The translations under genes and the position numbers were made by a program. The notes under the pieces are model-generated. The model had not been told where the DNA came from. It did no database searches and saw only the letters and a program-made list of their open reading frames with translations. From positions 64,001 through 128,000 of the forward strand of contig CAVUGN010000005.1 of assembly GCA_963741095.1 (NCBI GenBank): a DNA stretch of 64,000 nucleotides, written 5' to 3'. The stretch comes from an uncultured Candidatus Micrarchaeota archaeon (GTDB lineage: Archaea > Micrarchaeota > Micrarchaeia > Micrarchaeales > Micrarchaeaceae). How positions within the stretch are numbered: the first letter of the stretch is position 1; each line of letters begins with the position of its first letter. Of this stretch, positions 8,834 to 19,511 are shown piece by piece.

Positions 8834-11800
8834 TCAATCCTTGATCAGACTGTCCCCGGTGCCGGTTATGCTCTGGCTCGCTATGGTCGTATCGTGATAG
8901 TAGAGAGTGTTGTAGCTGCCGGTCATCTTCAGGTTTATGGTGCCTCCTATTGTGTGGAGGGTGTCGTAGCTTCCGGTCACGGTGAGGGCCATTGGCTTCG
9001 AAGTGAGCATGTTCAATGTCAGATCCACGTAGCTTCCAGTGAGCTGCAACGAATTGAGGGCCATGACCTGCACGCTCTCGACCAGGTTGGAGCTGCCGGT
9101 TATCGTGAACGCATTGCCGTTGATTGTCGCGCCGGATATCGTGTCCATGCTTCCCGTTATTGTCTGCGCCGAGAGTATGGTGTTGTGCATTGTTGTCGTG
9201 CCGTAGCTGCCGGTTTCCGTCAGGGTTATGGTGCCGTTGTAGATGTTTACATTGTCCACGCTCCCGGTCACCTGCACTGCGATGTTGCAGTTGCTGCCCG
9301 GCATGTTGATTGTTATGGTGTCGTGGCTCCCCGTGACGATCACTGCGCTTTGATCGGTCACTTGGACCGTACTGGTCAGATAGCTTCCGGTTATGCTGAT
9401 CGGTTTTCCGCTGTTGGAATTCGTGCAACCCTTCACTGGCGGCTGCGTGACCGTTATCACCGGTGTCGTTGCAGATGCTTTTTGACCGATCGAGTCGGTT
9501 GCGGTCACGGCGAATTGGCAGTTCGTTGACGTTGCGGACGGAGTGTACGAGAAGGACGCAGCGCTCGCCGAAACGAATCCAGGGCATGAATCTCCGGCTG
9601 GGACCGCCCACGAGTAGGACACTGCTCCAGTGCCGTTTGAAGCGATTGCAGTCACTGTCACCGGCACACCGACGTTAACTGATGTAGCAGAGGTGGGGGC
9701 CGATATTGATACGGTCAGTTGTTTGTTGATGGTTATCGTCGGAGTCGTAGCGGTTGCCTTTTTACCGAATGAGTCGGTCACAGTCACGGTGAATTGGCAA
9801 TTTACCGGTGCCGGTGCCTGATGGCAGTCTGGCATTGCTCCAGATTGGGTTGTTTGGGATGAAGTTGTTCCGGATGGAGTGTATGAAAAGGATGCTGTGT
9901 TTGCAGAAGTGAATCCTGGGCATGACGCTCCAGTTGAAACGGCCCACGAGTAGGACAATGGTGCTGTACCGCCTGATGCGCTTGCAGCCACAGTTATCGG
10001 CAGCCCTACATCTGCAGATGTTGCAGATGGAGGAGCGGTGATCACTACTGTCGGTAATGGATTGACCGTTATCGCATTGGTCGTAGCCGTGCCCATGCCC
10101 CCGACCGCATCTTTGACCGTCACGGTGAATTCGCAGGTTGATGTCGTACCCGATGGAGTGTAGGTAAACGACTTTGTTGTTGTGCTACTTTCAGTTCCTG
10201 GGCAGGCATGCCCAGCTGCAACCGACCATGAGTATGTTGATGTACCAGTGCCGCCCCCCACCGTGTTTGCGCTGATCGTGATCGGTACCCCGATGTCTGT
10301 CGGATTTGGCAGTACGGATGATATTGATACAGTTGGTTGTGGATTGACCGTTATCGTGGCGATGTTGGACTGTCCGGTGCCTCCGACAGAGTCGGTCACC
10401 GTTTCCTGCACCGTGTAGGTGCCGGATGTTGAGAAGGTCACTTTGTTGTTGTTTCCGAGAGTGCCCCCTGACAGCGTGTATGAATATGTGTACCCCGGCG
10501 TTCCCTGGGTCGTTGTGTTGCTGAATGCCACTGACTGTCCCGCATCGATAGTCTGTGATGTGGGCAGGATTGATATTGTCGGCAATGGATTGACCGTTAT
10601 CGTGGCGATGTTGGACTGTCCGGTGCCTCCGACAGAGTCGGTCACCGTTTCCTGCACCGTGTAGGTGCCGGATGTTGAGAAGGTCACTTTGTTGTTGTTT
10701 CCGAGAGTGCCCCCTGACAGCGTGTATGAATATGTGTACCCCGGCGTTCCCTGGGTCGTTGTGTTGCTGAATGCCACTGACTGTCCCGCATCGATAGTCT
10801 GTGATGTGGGCAGGATTGATATTGTCGGCAATGGATTGACCGTTATCGTGGCGATGTTGGACTGTCCGGTGCCTCCGACAGAGTCGGTCACCGTTTCCTG
10901 CACCGTGTAGGTGCCGGATGTTGAGAAGGTCACTTTGTTGTTGTTTCCGAGAGTGCCCCCTGACAGCGTGTATGAATATGTGTACCCCGGCGTTCCCTGG
11001 GTCGTTGTGTTGCTGAATGCCACTGACTGTCCCGCATCGATAGTCTGTGATGTGGGCAGGATTGATATTGTCGGCAATGGATTGACCGTTATCGTGGCGA
11101 TGTTGGACTGTCCGGTGCCTCCGACAGAGTCGGTCACCGTTTCCTGCACCGTGTAGGTGCCGGATGTTGAGAAGGTCACTTTGTTGTTGTTTCCGAGAGT
11201 GCCCCCTGACAGCGTGTATGAATATGTGTACCCCGGCGTTCCCTGGGTCGTTGTGTTGCTGAATGCCACTGACTGTCCCGCATCGATAGTCTGTGATGTG
11301 GGAGTTATCGAGATTGTCGGAGGCGTGGCCGTTAAGGGAAGCACGGTTATTGAGACGCTGTTGGACAGGGAAGCCTGGTTTTCATCCGTCAAAGTCTCAA
11401 TTAGGTCGTAGGTACCCGGACTTGTGAAAGTGAAGTCATTGTTTTGGGTGTACACGACTCCGTTTTGGGGTATAGTCATGTAAGAAAATGAGTAGGGCGT
11501 CAGGCCCGGGAAATTGATTGATCCGTTTACGGTGCTGTTGTATATGTGCACACCGCTCCCGACGTACACGGTGTACGATGAGGAGGTGATGGAGAACGCA
11601 AGGGCTGGATCTACTGCGATGTATGTCACAGTGCCTCCGGAATTTCCACTGCCGTCGGTTACGGCCAAATTTATCGTATCGGGAGAGGCAGTGTCTGAGC
11701 TATTGCCGAAAAATATTACGTTGCATGAGTTACCTGCAAAGGGGATTGTACCGACTTTGAAGTTGGTGTATGACCACAGACAATTGTAATTCCCGTCCCC

Positions 11801-11962
11801 GCCAGTTATGATGGTGGTGAGCAAGCTGTTTTGCCCGGCGGTCATCGAAGTTCTTTGTGATGTTAAAGTCACTCCGAGGCTGGCCTGTGCTAATGCCGGG
11901 GATAATGCTACAAACAGCAACGATGCCATGATAGAGATTGCCCACTTGTTCATGAAACTCAC
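8834..11962 (-). CDS. Large secreted surface protein with tandem PKD/Ig-like repeats and C-terminal beta-solenoid-like (xTGS) repeats
   Basis: Signal peptide; 82-aa Thr-rich repeats (GTPGYTYSY...GTYTVQETVTDS); periodic TGS motif at C-terminus. Confidence 0.85.
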   Translation of the reverse strand: MSFMNKWAISIMASLLFVALSPALAQASLGVTLTSQRTSMTAGQNSLLTTIITGGDGNYNCLWSYTNFKVGTIPFAGNSCNVIFFGNSSDTASPDTINLAVTDGSGNSGGTVTYIAVDPALAFSITSSSYTVYVGSGVHIYNSTVNGSINFPGLTPYSFSYMTIPQNGVVYTQNNDFTFTSPGTYDLIETLTDENQASLSNSVSITVLPLTATPPTISITPTSQTIDAGQSVAFSNTTTQGTPGYTYSYTLSGGTLGNNNKVTFSTSGTYTVQETVTDSVGGTGQSNIATITVNPLPTISILPTSQTIDAGQSVAFSNTTTQGTPGYTYSYTLSGGTLGNNNKVTFSTSGTYTVQETVTDSVGGTGQSNIATITVNPLPTISILPTSQTIDAGQSVAFSNTTTQGTPGYTYSYTLSGGTLGNNNKVTFSTSGTYTVQETVTDSVGGTGQSNIATITVNPLPTISILPTSQTIDAGQSVAFSNTTTQGTPGYTYSYTLSGGTLGNNNKVTFSTSGTYTVQETVTDSVGGTGQSNIATITVNPQPTVSISSVLPNPTDIGVPITISANTVGGGTGTSTYSWSVAAGHACPGTESSTTTKSFTYTPSGTTSTCEFTVTVKDAVGGMGTATTNAITVNPLPTVVITAPPSATSADVGLPITVAASASGGTAPLSYSWAVSTGASCPGFTSANTASFSYTPSGTTSSQTTQSGAMPDCHQAPAPVNCQFTVTVTDSFGKKATATTPTITINKQLTVSISAPTSATSVNVGVPVTVTAIASNGTGAVSYSWAVPAGDSCPGFVSASAASFSYTPSATSTNCQFAVTATDSIGQKASATTPVITVTQPPVKGCTNSNSGKPISITGSYLTSTVQVTDQSAVIVTGSHDTITINMPGSNCNIAVQVTGSVDNVNIYNGTITLTETGSYGTTTMHNTILSAQTITGSMDTISGATINGNAFTITGSSNLVESVQVMALNSLQLTGSYVDLTLNMLTSKPMALTVTGSYDTLHTIGGTINLKMTGSYNTLYYHDTTIASQSITGTGDSLIKD
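10340..11302. repeat. Perfect 246-bp intragenic tandem repeat, ~3.9 copies
   Basis: ggattgaccgttatcgtggcg at 10341, 10587, 10833, 11079; identical shadow ORFs in ORF track. Confidence 0.95.
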
Positions 11963-12160
11963 CCAATAACGTTACACTTTTGAAAGTTAATAATGTTGTG
12001 GTGAGGTAACGAAACTCGTTTGGCTGGGGGCAAAAATGCTTGAAAACGGAGGCCAGAAGAACGCGTCGCCGCTCTAACATGTCTTTTTGTTCGGAGTTGG
12101 CGGCGATCGGCAACCGAAAGATAGAAATATTATACAAATCACACAATATCGTGTGATCGA

Positions 12161-12592
12161 ATGTCGAAAACAGCGTTGTATGCCGAAGCAAAACTGCCGG
12201 TGCCGATTGGCAGGCCGCAGCATGCCACAGTGGACGGCCAGGAGTACAAGGCCCTAAGATTTGCGGAAGGCAAAGGCCCGGATTTGACAAAAACAAAAGC
12301 CATAGCAAGAATCGAGGGAGACGCAATGCCCACGACAGAAGACCCGAGAGAGATAGGCATCGCGTTGCTGAAGCCGGGGGAGTGGTGCTTCATTATCAAT
12401 AAAAACCCGGATGAGATGCCCATGGTCGCTGTGCTAGATTCCAAGGGTTACGTGTATTATGACGTTTATGATTACATCAAGCCCAACGGCGCCGCTCCCG
12501 TGGTGATTCTGAAGGAGACAGGCAACTCGACGAAGCCGCAAAGCCATCTGCTGCGCGAGGGCGATAGTTTGCAGAACCATCTGCGAAACTAG
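12161..12592 (+). CDS. Hypothetical protein
   Basis: 143-aa ORF with host-like codon usage; no recognised motif. Confidence 0.6.
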   Translation: MSKTALYAEAKLPVPIGRPQHATVDGQEYKALRFAEGKGPDLTKTKAIARIEGDAMPTTEDPREIGIALLKPGEWCFIINKNPDEMPMVAVLDSKGYVYYDVYDYIKPNGAAPVVILKETGNSTKPQSHLLREGDSLQNHLRN

Positions 12593-12801
12593 AAACGCCC
12601 TAATCTCGAGAAGTTTCTAAGGAGCAGGATCAGGGATAAAGGCAGGTTGGAATGATTAAGCCAGGAGAGGGCTCTACCACCCGAGCATACCCTTTTGTTT
12701 GGGTAAGTCATGGTATCACTGCTTATCATGTTCCTTTAAATTTAAATAATCGTTGATTGTTTGCCCCACAATCGAAGCGATAAACTATTTATAGACATTT
12801 T

Positions 12802-14514
12802 TTAATTCCGCCTAAAGTTTTTAAAAACCGGATATACGGTTTCTTTTTCATTAATTTCTTTTATCACTTTATAATACGCATGCATAAATTCTTTATCGAG
12901 TCTTCTTTTTATCGACTCCCTTCTTGTTAATTTATCAATTTTATTGTGTATCATTCGTTTATTCTCGTTTATGCGTTTGGTCCATAAATTTGCTATTCTT
13001 TTATCGCCGTCTTTTATTTTATCCATACTTATTTCCCAAGACATGAAGTATTTGAGGTATTTGGCTGTCCATTGTAATATATCGCTTTCAACAGGATGAA
13101 ATATGGGTGCATTTTTGTTTATTCTTAGTGGCCAGTTGTTTATGCCTAAAGTTTTTAGAGTTTTAAAAGGTACGCTTAGCAATAGTAGCGCGGATATGTC
13201 AGTTCCAGGCATAGTTTTGCCACTTATCTCTTTATGGGATATATCCTCCCACCTAATTATTATGCCTCCGCCGTTATGAACAATACATCTCTGTTGCAAG
13301 CGCTTCAAACCTAAAAATGTGGAATTATGGATTGAATGCCATCTTGATACTGCTCTCCTAGAATCCACCATATAGCATGAGATTGCTTTGTTATTTTCTG
13401 AGGCAATTAGAATATTCAGATTTGATTGGAATATAGAAGTTTTCAATTTTATTCTATTATCTAGTTCGTCGTCCCATGTAGAGAAATAGGAGTTTTTTAG
13501 ATTTATTTTGTCTCTTTCCATTAATAGATTAAGATAATTTTTACATATATTTATACTATCCGAATTTGTAGCTACACATTTTTTGGGTGACTCTATGATG
13601 ATTACATTGTAATTTTGTGAGGGTCTTGTATCTGGAAAATTAACAAGTATTTTATCCATAGTGTCGTCAGTATTATTTACAAATATAGTAACATTGAAAA
13701 ATAATCTTTGTGATTTCTTCATCTCTTGGACTAAGAATTTTATGGACTTGACTATCGTTTCCGATGAATTTTTACAGGGTAGTATTATATTTATGAGCGG
13801 CTTGTTATTAGGGGGTTTCACAGATTTTATGCTAAAGACCTTATAATTTTTACCGTATATACGCAATTTTTTAATATTACGGTTATCGATTCCAAAATAA
13901 TCGTTACTTTTCGGATTTTTCGTTCGGTCCTGATGTTTATAATGTATTATTTCCTTTAGAAGGTCGTTTTTCAGGTTCGTGAAATAATTATGCACATATC
14001 TATCGCCCTTATTTCTTTTTGCTTCATCTATTATATTTTCGTCCATTTCACTTATTGCTTTATTCATATAATTTAATAGGACTTTTTTTGTATCTGACCA
14101 GGAGAAACTATTAGAATATTTGCTTATGCCAACATAATAAGAATCCGCGTTTTTATTTCTGCATATATCTATCCTTTCTTTTGCGTATCTTGACATGTGT
14201 TTAGGTAATAGGTCATAAGTAAAAAAATCTGTATTGGCGACCTCTTTATCTGGTTTCTTTTTGATAGCACCCCCAACAATCTTTATATTGTATATATGTG
14301 CAGTCCCATATCCTGAGGTAAATATGTTACCGAGATAATTCGTCACTTCGCCTTTAAATCCAGTCTCTTCCTCGAGTTCTCGTAGGGCGGCCTTTTTAGG
14401 TGATTCTCCTTTTTTGACTTCCCCTCCGGGAAGGTGCCAGTTCTTCGCGCCATAATTATGTTTCACAAGTAAAATTTTGCCATTGACATTTACATACCCA
14501 AACGCGGAAGTCAT
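12802..14514 (-). CDS. NUDIX hydrolase fused to GT-A-like (glycosyl/nucleotidyltransferase) domain
   Basis: Nudix box GGEVKKGESPKKAALRELEEETG; INIILPCKNS and WDDE GT2-like motifs; start taken at MTSAFG. Confidence 0.7.
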   Translation of the reverse strand: MTSAFGYVNVNGKILLVKHNYGAKNWHLPGGEVKKGESPKKAALRELEEETGFKGEVTNYLGNIFTSGYGTAHIYNIKIVGGAIKKKPDKEVANTDFFTYDLLPKHMSRYAKERIDICRNKNADSYYVGISKYSNSFSWSDTKKVLLNYMNKAISEMDENIIDEAKRNKGDRYVHNYFTNLKNDLLKEIIHYKHQDRTKNPKSNDYFGIDNRNIKKLRIYGKNYKVFSIKSVKPPNNKPLINIILPCKNSSETIVKSIKFLVQEMKKSQRLFFNVTIFVNNTDDTMDKILVNFPDTRPSQNYNVIIIESPKKCVATNSDSINICKNYLNLLMERDKINLKNSYFSTWDDELDNRIKLKTSIFQSNLNILIASENNKAISCYMVDSRRAVSRWHSIHNSTFLGLKRLQQRCIVHNGGGIIIRWEDISHKEISGKTMPGTDISALLLLSVPFKTLKTLGINNWPLRINKNAPIFHPVESDILQWTAKYLKYFMSWEISMDKIKDGDKRIANLWTKRINENKRMIHNKIDKLTRRESIKRRLDKEFMHAYYKVIKEINEKETVYPVFKNFRRN

Positions 14515-14606
14515 TTTATCCCTTTTACACTGTGATATCAGAATAGCAACGCTTTTAATAAAGCTTCGCAAGCTAATGATAAAAAAGGTATGTTTACTTA
14601 TTTATA

Positions 14607-15308
14607 ATGTATTTATTGAACAAATCGCAGGAGGAGGATACGAAACGTGATTACAAGCTTGCAATATTTGATGTTGATGGTACATTATATAGATTACCTT
14701 CTGGTGCCACTAAATTTAGGGACACAGAAATGTATAATGAAGTACGGAATAGAGCTATAGGATTTCTCTCCAAACGGCTTTCTATTGGGAAAGATGAAGC
14801 AGAGGATACTTGGAATTGTATATATCACAAGTACAATGGCCACATAGATAGTGGTATCGAAAAAGACTATAATATCTCTAGGATCGAATACCTTTCAGAA
14901 GCATGGAACATATCTGCAGATAAGTATCTAAAACCGGACCCCGATATACGGAAGTTGTTGATTTCATTGAACATCCATAAAGCTATTTTATCATCTGCGC
15001 CAAAAGTTTGGGTGCACAGCGTTCTCAAGGCTATAGATTTAGGGGGTATTTTTGAATTTATCGTTACAGGGGATGAAAACGGAAGAAAGCCAGAGCGTAT
15101 GGCATATACTAGGGTATTGAGATATTTTAATGTGAAGCCAGAACAAGCGGTAATGATAGATGATGATATAGGGTATCTTAAAGGCGCCAAAGCGGTAGGT
15201 ATAGATACTACCTTTTTGATTAGTAATAAAGGTGTAGATACTAAGAATTCCAGCTTCGCTACTCATAGTATATCAAATCTTTTAGAATTGAGGAATTTCT
15301 TCGAGTAA
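14607..15308 (+). CDS. HAD-superfamily phosphatase (pyrimidine 5'-nucleotidase-like)
   Basis: FDVDGTLY, LSS, KP, MIDD motifs. Confidence 0.9.
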   Translation: MYLLNKSQEEDTKRDYKLAIFDVDGTLYRLPSGATKFRDTEMYNEVRNRAIGFLSKRLSIGKDEAEDTWNCIYHKYNGHIDSGIEKDYNISRIEYLSEAWNISADKYLKPDPDIRKLLISLNIHKAILSSAPKVWVHSVLKAIDLGGIFEFIVTGDENGRKPERMAYTRVLRYFNVKPEQAVMIDDDIGYLKGAKAVGIDTTFLISNKGVDTKNSSFATHSISNLLELRNFFE

Positions 15309-16345
15309 AAGTCGCTGTTCTGAGAGAAGAGTTTAGAAGTAAATCTTTTTGCGTTAGGAAGGAATTGCGCATACCTCATCTGATGCTCGCTTAATAATTT
15401 TGTTGTAACTTTTATGCACCCTGTAATCAAATTTTTACCGCTAGGATCATTATTGCCCAGTGCAGTGCTTTCATAGCTATATTTTGTAAACCACTTTAGT
15501 ATATTGACTGGGAGATTGCTGCCCATATCTTTTTTTGAAACTCAGTTTTCTATAAAGTTTTGGATGTACATTGAACCGTCATCTAATTTTATGCTGTTTT
15601 GAGGCACACTTTTCCCCATTTTTGATCCTAAGATGCCTTGTAGCAGATTGCAGTAGGTGAAGCTTATTAAATTTTTGAATCCTCTTTTTTTTATGATTTC
15701 ATAGACAAGCTTTGCATGACTTATTTCGTCGATACCAAGTGTGACAAGTATGCCGTCATATTTGAATGATTCCGGGTATATTATATCGGCAGCCATTGCA
15801 AGAGAGGAGATGATCTCGCCTTTGTTTAGTTTTCTACCGTATAAACCTTCAAATTTTGATTTATTAATGAAGGAAGCTAAATTTAATGCAATTTTTAATG
15901 TTTGTATATTCCTACTTTGTAAGTATATTTTTGAATTTCTGATGTTCACTCCAGCTGCCATCAAATGCGCTATTAATTTCGGTGTTATCTCCCTTATGTC
16001 TTTGTCTGATTTGTTTCTTACGCAAGTTGCTTCTATATCTGCTATTGGTATGAATAATTCGGCGTTGTAGATTTTTTGATAATACGCCATCTGCTGTAAG
16101 ATACATAAAGTGCCAAGATGTGGTATCCCGCTCGGCATAAATCCGCTAACAAGAGAAACCCTTTTACCGTTAGAGGCTAATTCTAGCCATCCGTCAAAGT
16201 TGTTATGTCCTATGATTAGACCTCTTTTTGAGAAATTAGGTCTTTCCTTAAGATCGAAGTTGAATGGATTTATCTTTAGCTTAGCACGCATTCTGGCGTA
16301 TTGTAGGTTATCCACTTTTGGTACACTCCATGCGTCGAACTCCAT
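15263..16345 (-). pseudogene. Divergent TrpRS-like protein interrupted by one in-frame TGA (15542-15544)
   Basis: SGFMPSGIPHLGT, MAADI, KMGKS motifs; ORF 15263-15526 continues in the same frame after the TGA. Confidence 0.7.
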
Positions 16346-16361
16346 TGTTTAACCTGATGAG

Positions 16362-17333
16362 TTATTTGCAATCAAATATAATCTTTCCATATTTCTGTTT
16401 AAGCATTACATCCAATGCTCTGTCAGAATCCTTAAGATAAAAACGATGTGTTATTATTCGGCCTAAAATCTTTTGTTTTTTCAAAGCAAGCTGGATTGCC
16501 CAATCAAAATCTTTTGGGGTGTAGCCTAGTTGCGTATAGATACTTGCTTCCTTGTTGATAACTCCACTTATGTCTACCGTAAATTTATTTATCATGCATG
16601 CACTTTCGAGTATTACACCATTGGGCTTTACATACCTTGATGCGTCAGCATAAGATTCTGGACTCCCACCTGCATCATAAACAAAATCAAATCGATCTAT
16701 TAGTTTTTCATTATTCGCCCCTTTTTCATAGAATTTGTCTATTACACTTCCAAGAAGTGATGCCTGTTCCTTATGCCCCACCATCGATATCCTTCCGGGA
16801 TTTTTGCTACTGGCATGTATCGCTCCAACAAGTCCTATCGCTCCAGATCCTATTATCAATAGTTCTTTGCCCTCCAAGTCCAAATTATGTAATGGTTTTG
16901 TGCTGGCTATTGTTTCGACCAGTACAGCCGTTCTTGTTTTTAGAGCATCAGGAACTTTTACCAGAATTGTTCCCTTAGGGATTATTGAATGTGTTGCCCA
17001 ACCACCAGCATACCTATTTTTTGTTGTTAAGCCAAACACTTGATTTTGTATGCAAGCATTATACCTTCCATTTTTGCAATTTACACACTTATTGCAGGGT
17101 ATTATTGCGGGCCATATGTAACGTTCTCCATCTAATTCCCCAACGCACTCGTGACCTAATACTCGTGGAAGGTTTATCCCTTTTACATCTCCTTTTATAA
17201 TATGTTTATCGGTTCCACAAACTCCACAAAAGAGCATTTTAATTAGTTCTTCATTCTTACTTTTAATTGATTTATAGTTCACTTTATTCCTGCCTTCCAC
17301 CAATAAAGCCCCCCATTCATTCAAGGATAGCAC
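16362..17333 (-). CDS. Zn-dependent medium-chain alcohol dehydrogenase (sugar/polyol type)
   Basis: CGVCGTD, GHE, CxxCxxC-x7-C, GSGAIG. Confidence 0.9.
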   Translation of the reverse strand: MLSLNEWGALLVEGRNKVNYKSIKSKNEELIKMLFCGVCGTDKHIIKGDVKGINLPRVLGHECVGELDGERYIWPAIIPCNKCVNCKNGRYNACIQNQVFGLTTKNRYAGGWATHSIIPKGTILVKVPDALKTRTAVLVETIASTKPLHNLDLEGKELLIIGSGAIGLVGAIHASSKNPGRISMVGHKEQASLLGSVIDKFYEKGANNEKLIDRFDFVYDAGGSPESYADASRYVKPNGVILESACMINKFTVDISGVINKEASIYTQLGYTPKDFDWAIQLALKKQKILGRIITHRFYLKDSDRALDVMLKQKYGKIIFDCK

Positions 17334-18464
17334 CTAACATATCCCCATCTTTTCTACAATGTTTACAATGTCTACTCCATCATTTTTCATTAATATTTCA
17401 TCTATGTCTTTTGGTTTGACTTTAGCATAGCGCGCAGCAAGTTTGTCGACCTTATCTAAAACTTTTTCTAGCAGCAGCTTCTTCATATCTCCGCTCAGAA
17501 TCTCACCTTTCTTGTACGTTTCGTATAGTTTTTTGCTCTCTTGCTCTTCCAAGAAGTAATATTTCAGGTAGATGTAAGCGACATCATTTTCTGGTATCCC
17601 TCCATACTTTTTGTGTTCTTCGATACTGGTCCTCCCTCCGCTAAAAGCTTTCATTACCTTCTTCATAATTTCGCTTCTGTTTTCAAGGAGGAATATGGCA
17701 TTGTTTTTTGATTTTGACATTTTTGATCCGTCTATTCCGGGAAGGAATTTATTGTGAAGAACTGCAGGGGGGTTGTATCCATATTTGGCCGCGACGTCTC
17801 TGCAGACTCTTAAGTGTGCATCTTCATCAGGTCCGATTGGAACCAGTACATTCTTAATCCCAAGTGTTTGAGGGAATAATACGTGTGCCGCTTGTACCGA
17901 AGGATAGAAATGGAGGCCCACACTCTCGCTATTTTTATAGTCGTATACTGCATTTATTGTAGAAAGAGTTATGCCCTTAGAGAGCTTTATTGCAAAATTG
18001 TAAATATTGGTATATATTTGGTCTATTATTACCTTCGTCTTGTCTTTGTCAAATCCGTACGCTACTAGACTTTTTGTTAGTATCAAAGCATTTTTCAATG
18101 CTTCCTCCTGTGTCGCTACCTTCCTTGTTACATAGCTCTCATCGTCGGATATTGGTATAAATGTTTCGACTCCGTGTGTCTTCTGAAAGTTCTGTATTGT
18201 ATCAAATATGCCCATATGCCCTATGTGGAGAGTTCCGCTGGGATTTAAGCCCGATACGATTGCACTTTTTTCCCCTTTCAATAATCTACCGTAAAATTTA
18301 TCGAAATCCCTATGAGAGTAGAGTAAGCCATTCTTGAAAGCCTTGAATTCGGGTACTTTATCTAAATCTTTTACTCTAAGAGCGCCAAATTGTCGTACTA
18401 GTTTTTCCGTTTCGATTTCCAATAAATCGATAAGGTACTTTTTGTCATTGGTATCTTCTTCCAT
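17334..18464 (-). CDS. trpS: Tryptophanyl-tRNA synthetase (archaeal type), island-encoded
   Basis: SHRDFD, GLNPSGTLHIGH, KMSKS, AFSGGR, GDMKK motifs. Confidence 0.88.
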   Translation of the reverse strand: MEEDTNDKKYLIDLLEIETEKLVRQFGALRVKDLDKVPEFKAFKNGLLYSHRDFDKFYGRLLKGEKSAIVSGLNPSGTLHIGHMGIFDTIQNFQKTHGVETFIPISDDESYVTRKVATQEEALKNALILTKSLVAYGFDKDKTKVIIDQIYTNIYNFAIKLSKGITLSTINAVYDYKNSESVGLHFYPSVQAAHVLFPQTLGIKNVLVPIGPDEDAHLRVCRDVAAKYGYNPPAVLHNKFLPGIDGSKMSKSKNNAIFLLENRSEIMKKVMKAFSGGRTSIEEHKKYGGIPENDVAYIYLKYYFLEEQESKKLYETYKKGEILSGDMKKLLLEKVLDKVDKLAARYAKVKPKDIDEILMKNDGVDIVNIVEKMGIC

Positions 18465-18579
18465 CTCTCTCAGCTCTTATTAAATCTTAATACGCCCAAA
18501 TTTTGGGCACTGATTATCTATTGTAGCGCTAGCTCCTTAAATCTAATGTTTTGTTAGATTTTGTTTATACACTTGACAT

Positions 18580-19419
18580 TTAATTAATCCTTTTACCTAT
18601 TATAAAACCTATCCTGCTTCTCAATTTTGTTTTATAAGGTTTGGTGAAATTTACTTCGAAACCAGAACTTTCGAGTTTTTTTAATAATGGGATATAACCA
18701 TAATGGTATTCGATGAGTATCCCTTTAAATTTCCTTAAGGTCTCTGTAGTTTCGTAAATCAAGTTATATTCGCACCCTTCGCAATCCATTTTAAGCAGCC
18801 CGTCTTTTATTTTAAATTTCTCTACGATGGTCTTAAGGGTGTTTATTTTAATTTGCTTACCTTTTTCAGATTCGATGATGGTATCGCTCGCACTGCTCTT
18901 ATAGTAAGGATCTATTTTTATATAACAATCTATTCTACCATATCCCTCATTTAATAACGTAATCTTTTTTAATAAGTTATTTGTTTTCAGGTTCTTCAGG
19001 GCCACAGAATATGTGTATGGATAGGGCTCAAACGCGTATACATGTTTTGCGGAAGACATTGCAAAATAAATGGCTGAATCCCCGATATTTGCTCCAATAT
19101 CGATTACCGAAGCGTTACGTAAGCGTATTTTAGAGTAGTTTTGCATAATAAATTGTTCATAGATCATAGCTAACGTATTGGATATGAGTTTACTTTTTCC
19201 GCCATGATAAAATTTAAGCACTCTGTTTTTAAAACGAAATTCGGTGTATAGATTGTTTATTTTTATTTTTGATTGTCCTTTCCTAGTTTGGATTAATATT
19301 TGATTTTCTAGTTTAGTACTAATCGATAAAATTTCTTCTGAGAATTTAGAGATAACTTCTAAAAACGGCGTAATTTTCGAATCCTCTTTGGCGGTTATGG
19401 TAAAACCTAGTTTTTCCAT
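18580..19419 (-). CDS. FkbM-family methyltransferase
   Basis: IDIGANIGDS, AFEP, KMDCEGCE, IEYH. Confidence 0.9.
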   Translation of the reverse strand: MEKLGFTITAKEDSKITPFLEVISKFSEEILSISTKLENQILIQTRKGQSKIKINNLYTEFRFKNRVLKFYHGGKSKLISNTLAMIYEQFIMQNYSKIRLRNASVIDIGANIGDSAIYFAMSSAKHVYAFEPYPYTYSVALKNLKTNNLLKKITLLNEGYGRIDCYIKIDPYYKSSASDTIIESEKGKQIKINTLKTIVEKFKIKDGLLKMDCEGCEYNLIYETTETLRKFKGILIEYHYGYIPLLKKLESSGFEVNFTKPYKTKLRSRIGFIIGKRIN

Positions 19420-19511
19420 ACCTAATTGTTTTAATGTTCTACCTTTTATTTGAGATTTTTGTATATGATCATCCGGTATGGCAAAGGCGATCTCAACACA
19501 AATTTATGACT

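Noticed and set aside
10340-11302. Possible CRISPR array
   Set aside because: Contiguous 246-bp in-frame coding repeats without spacers; no cas genes in the window
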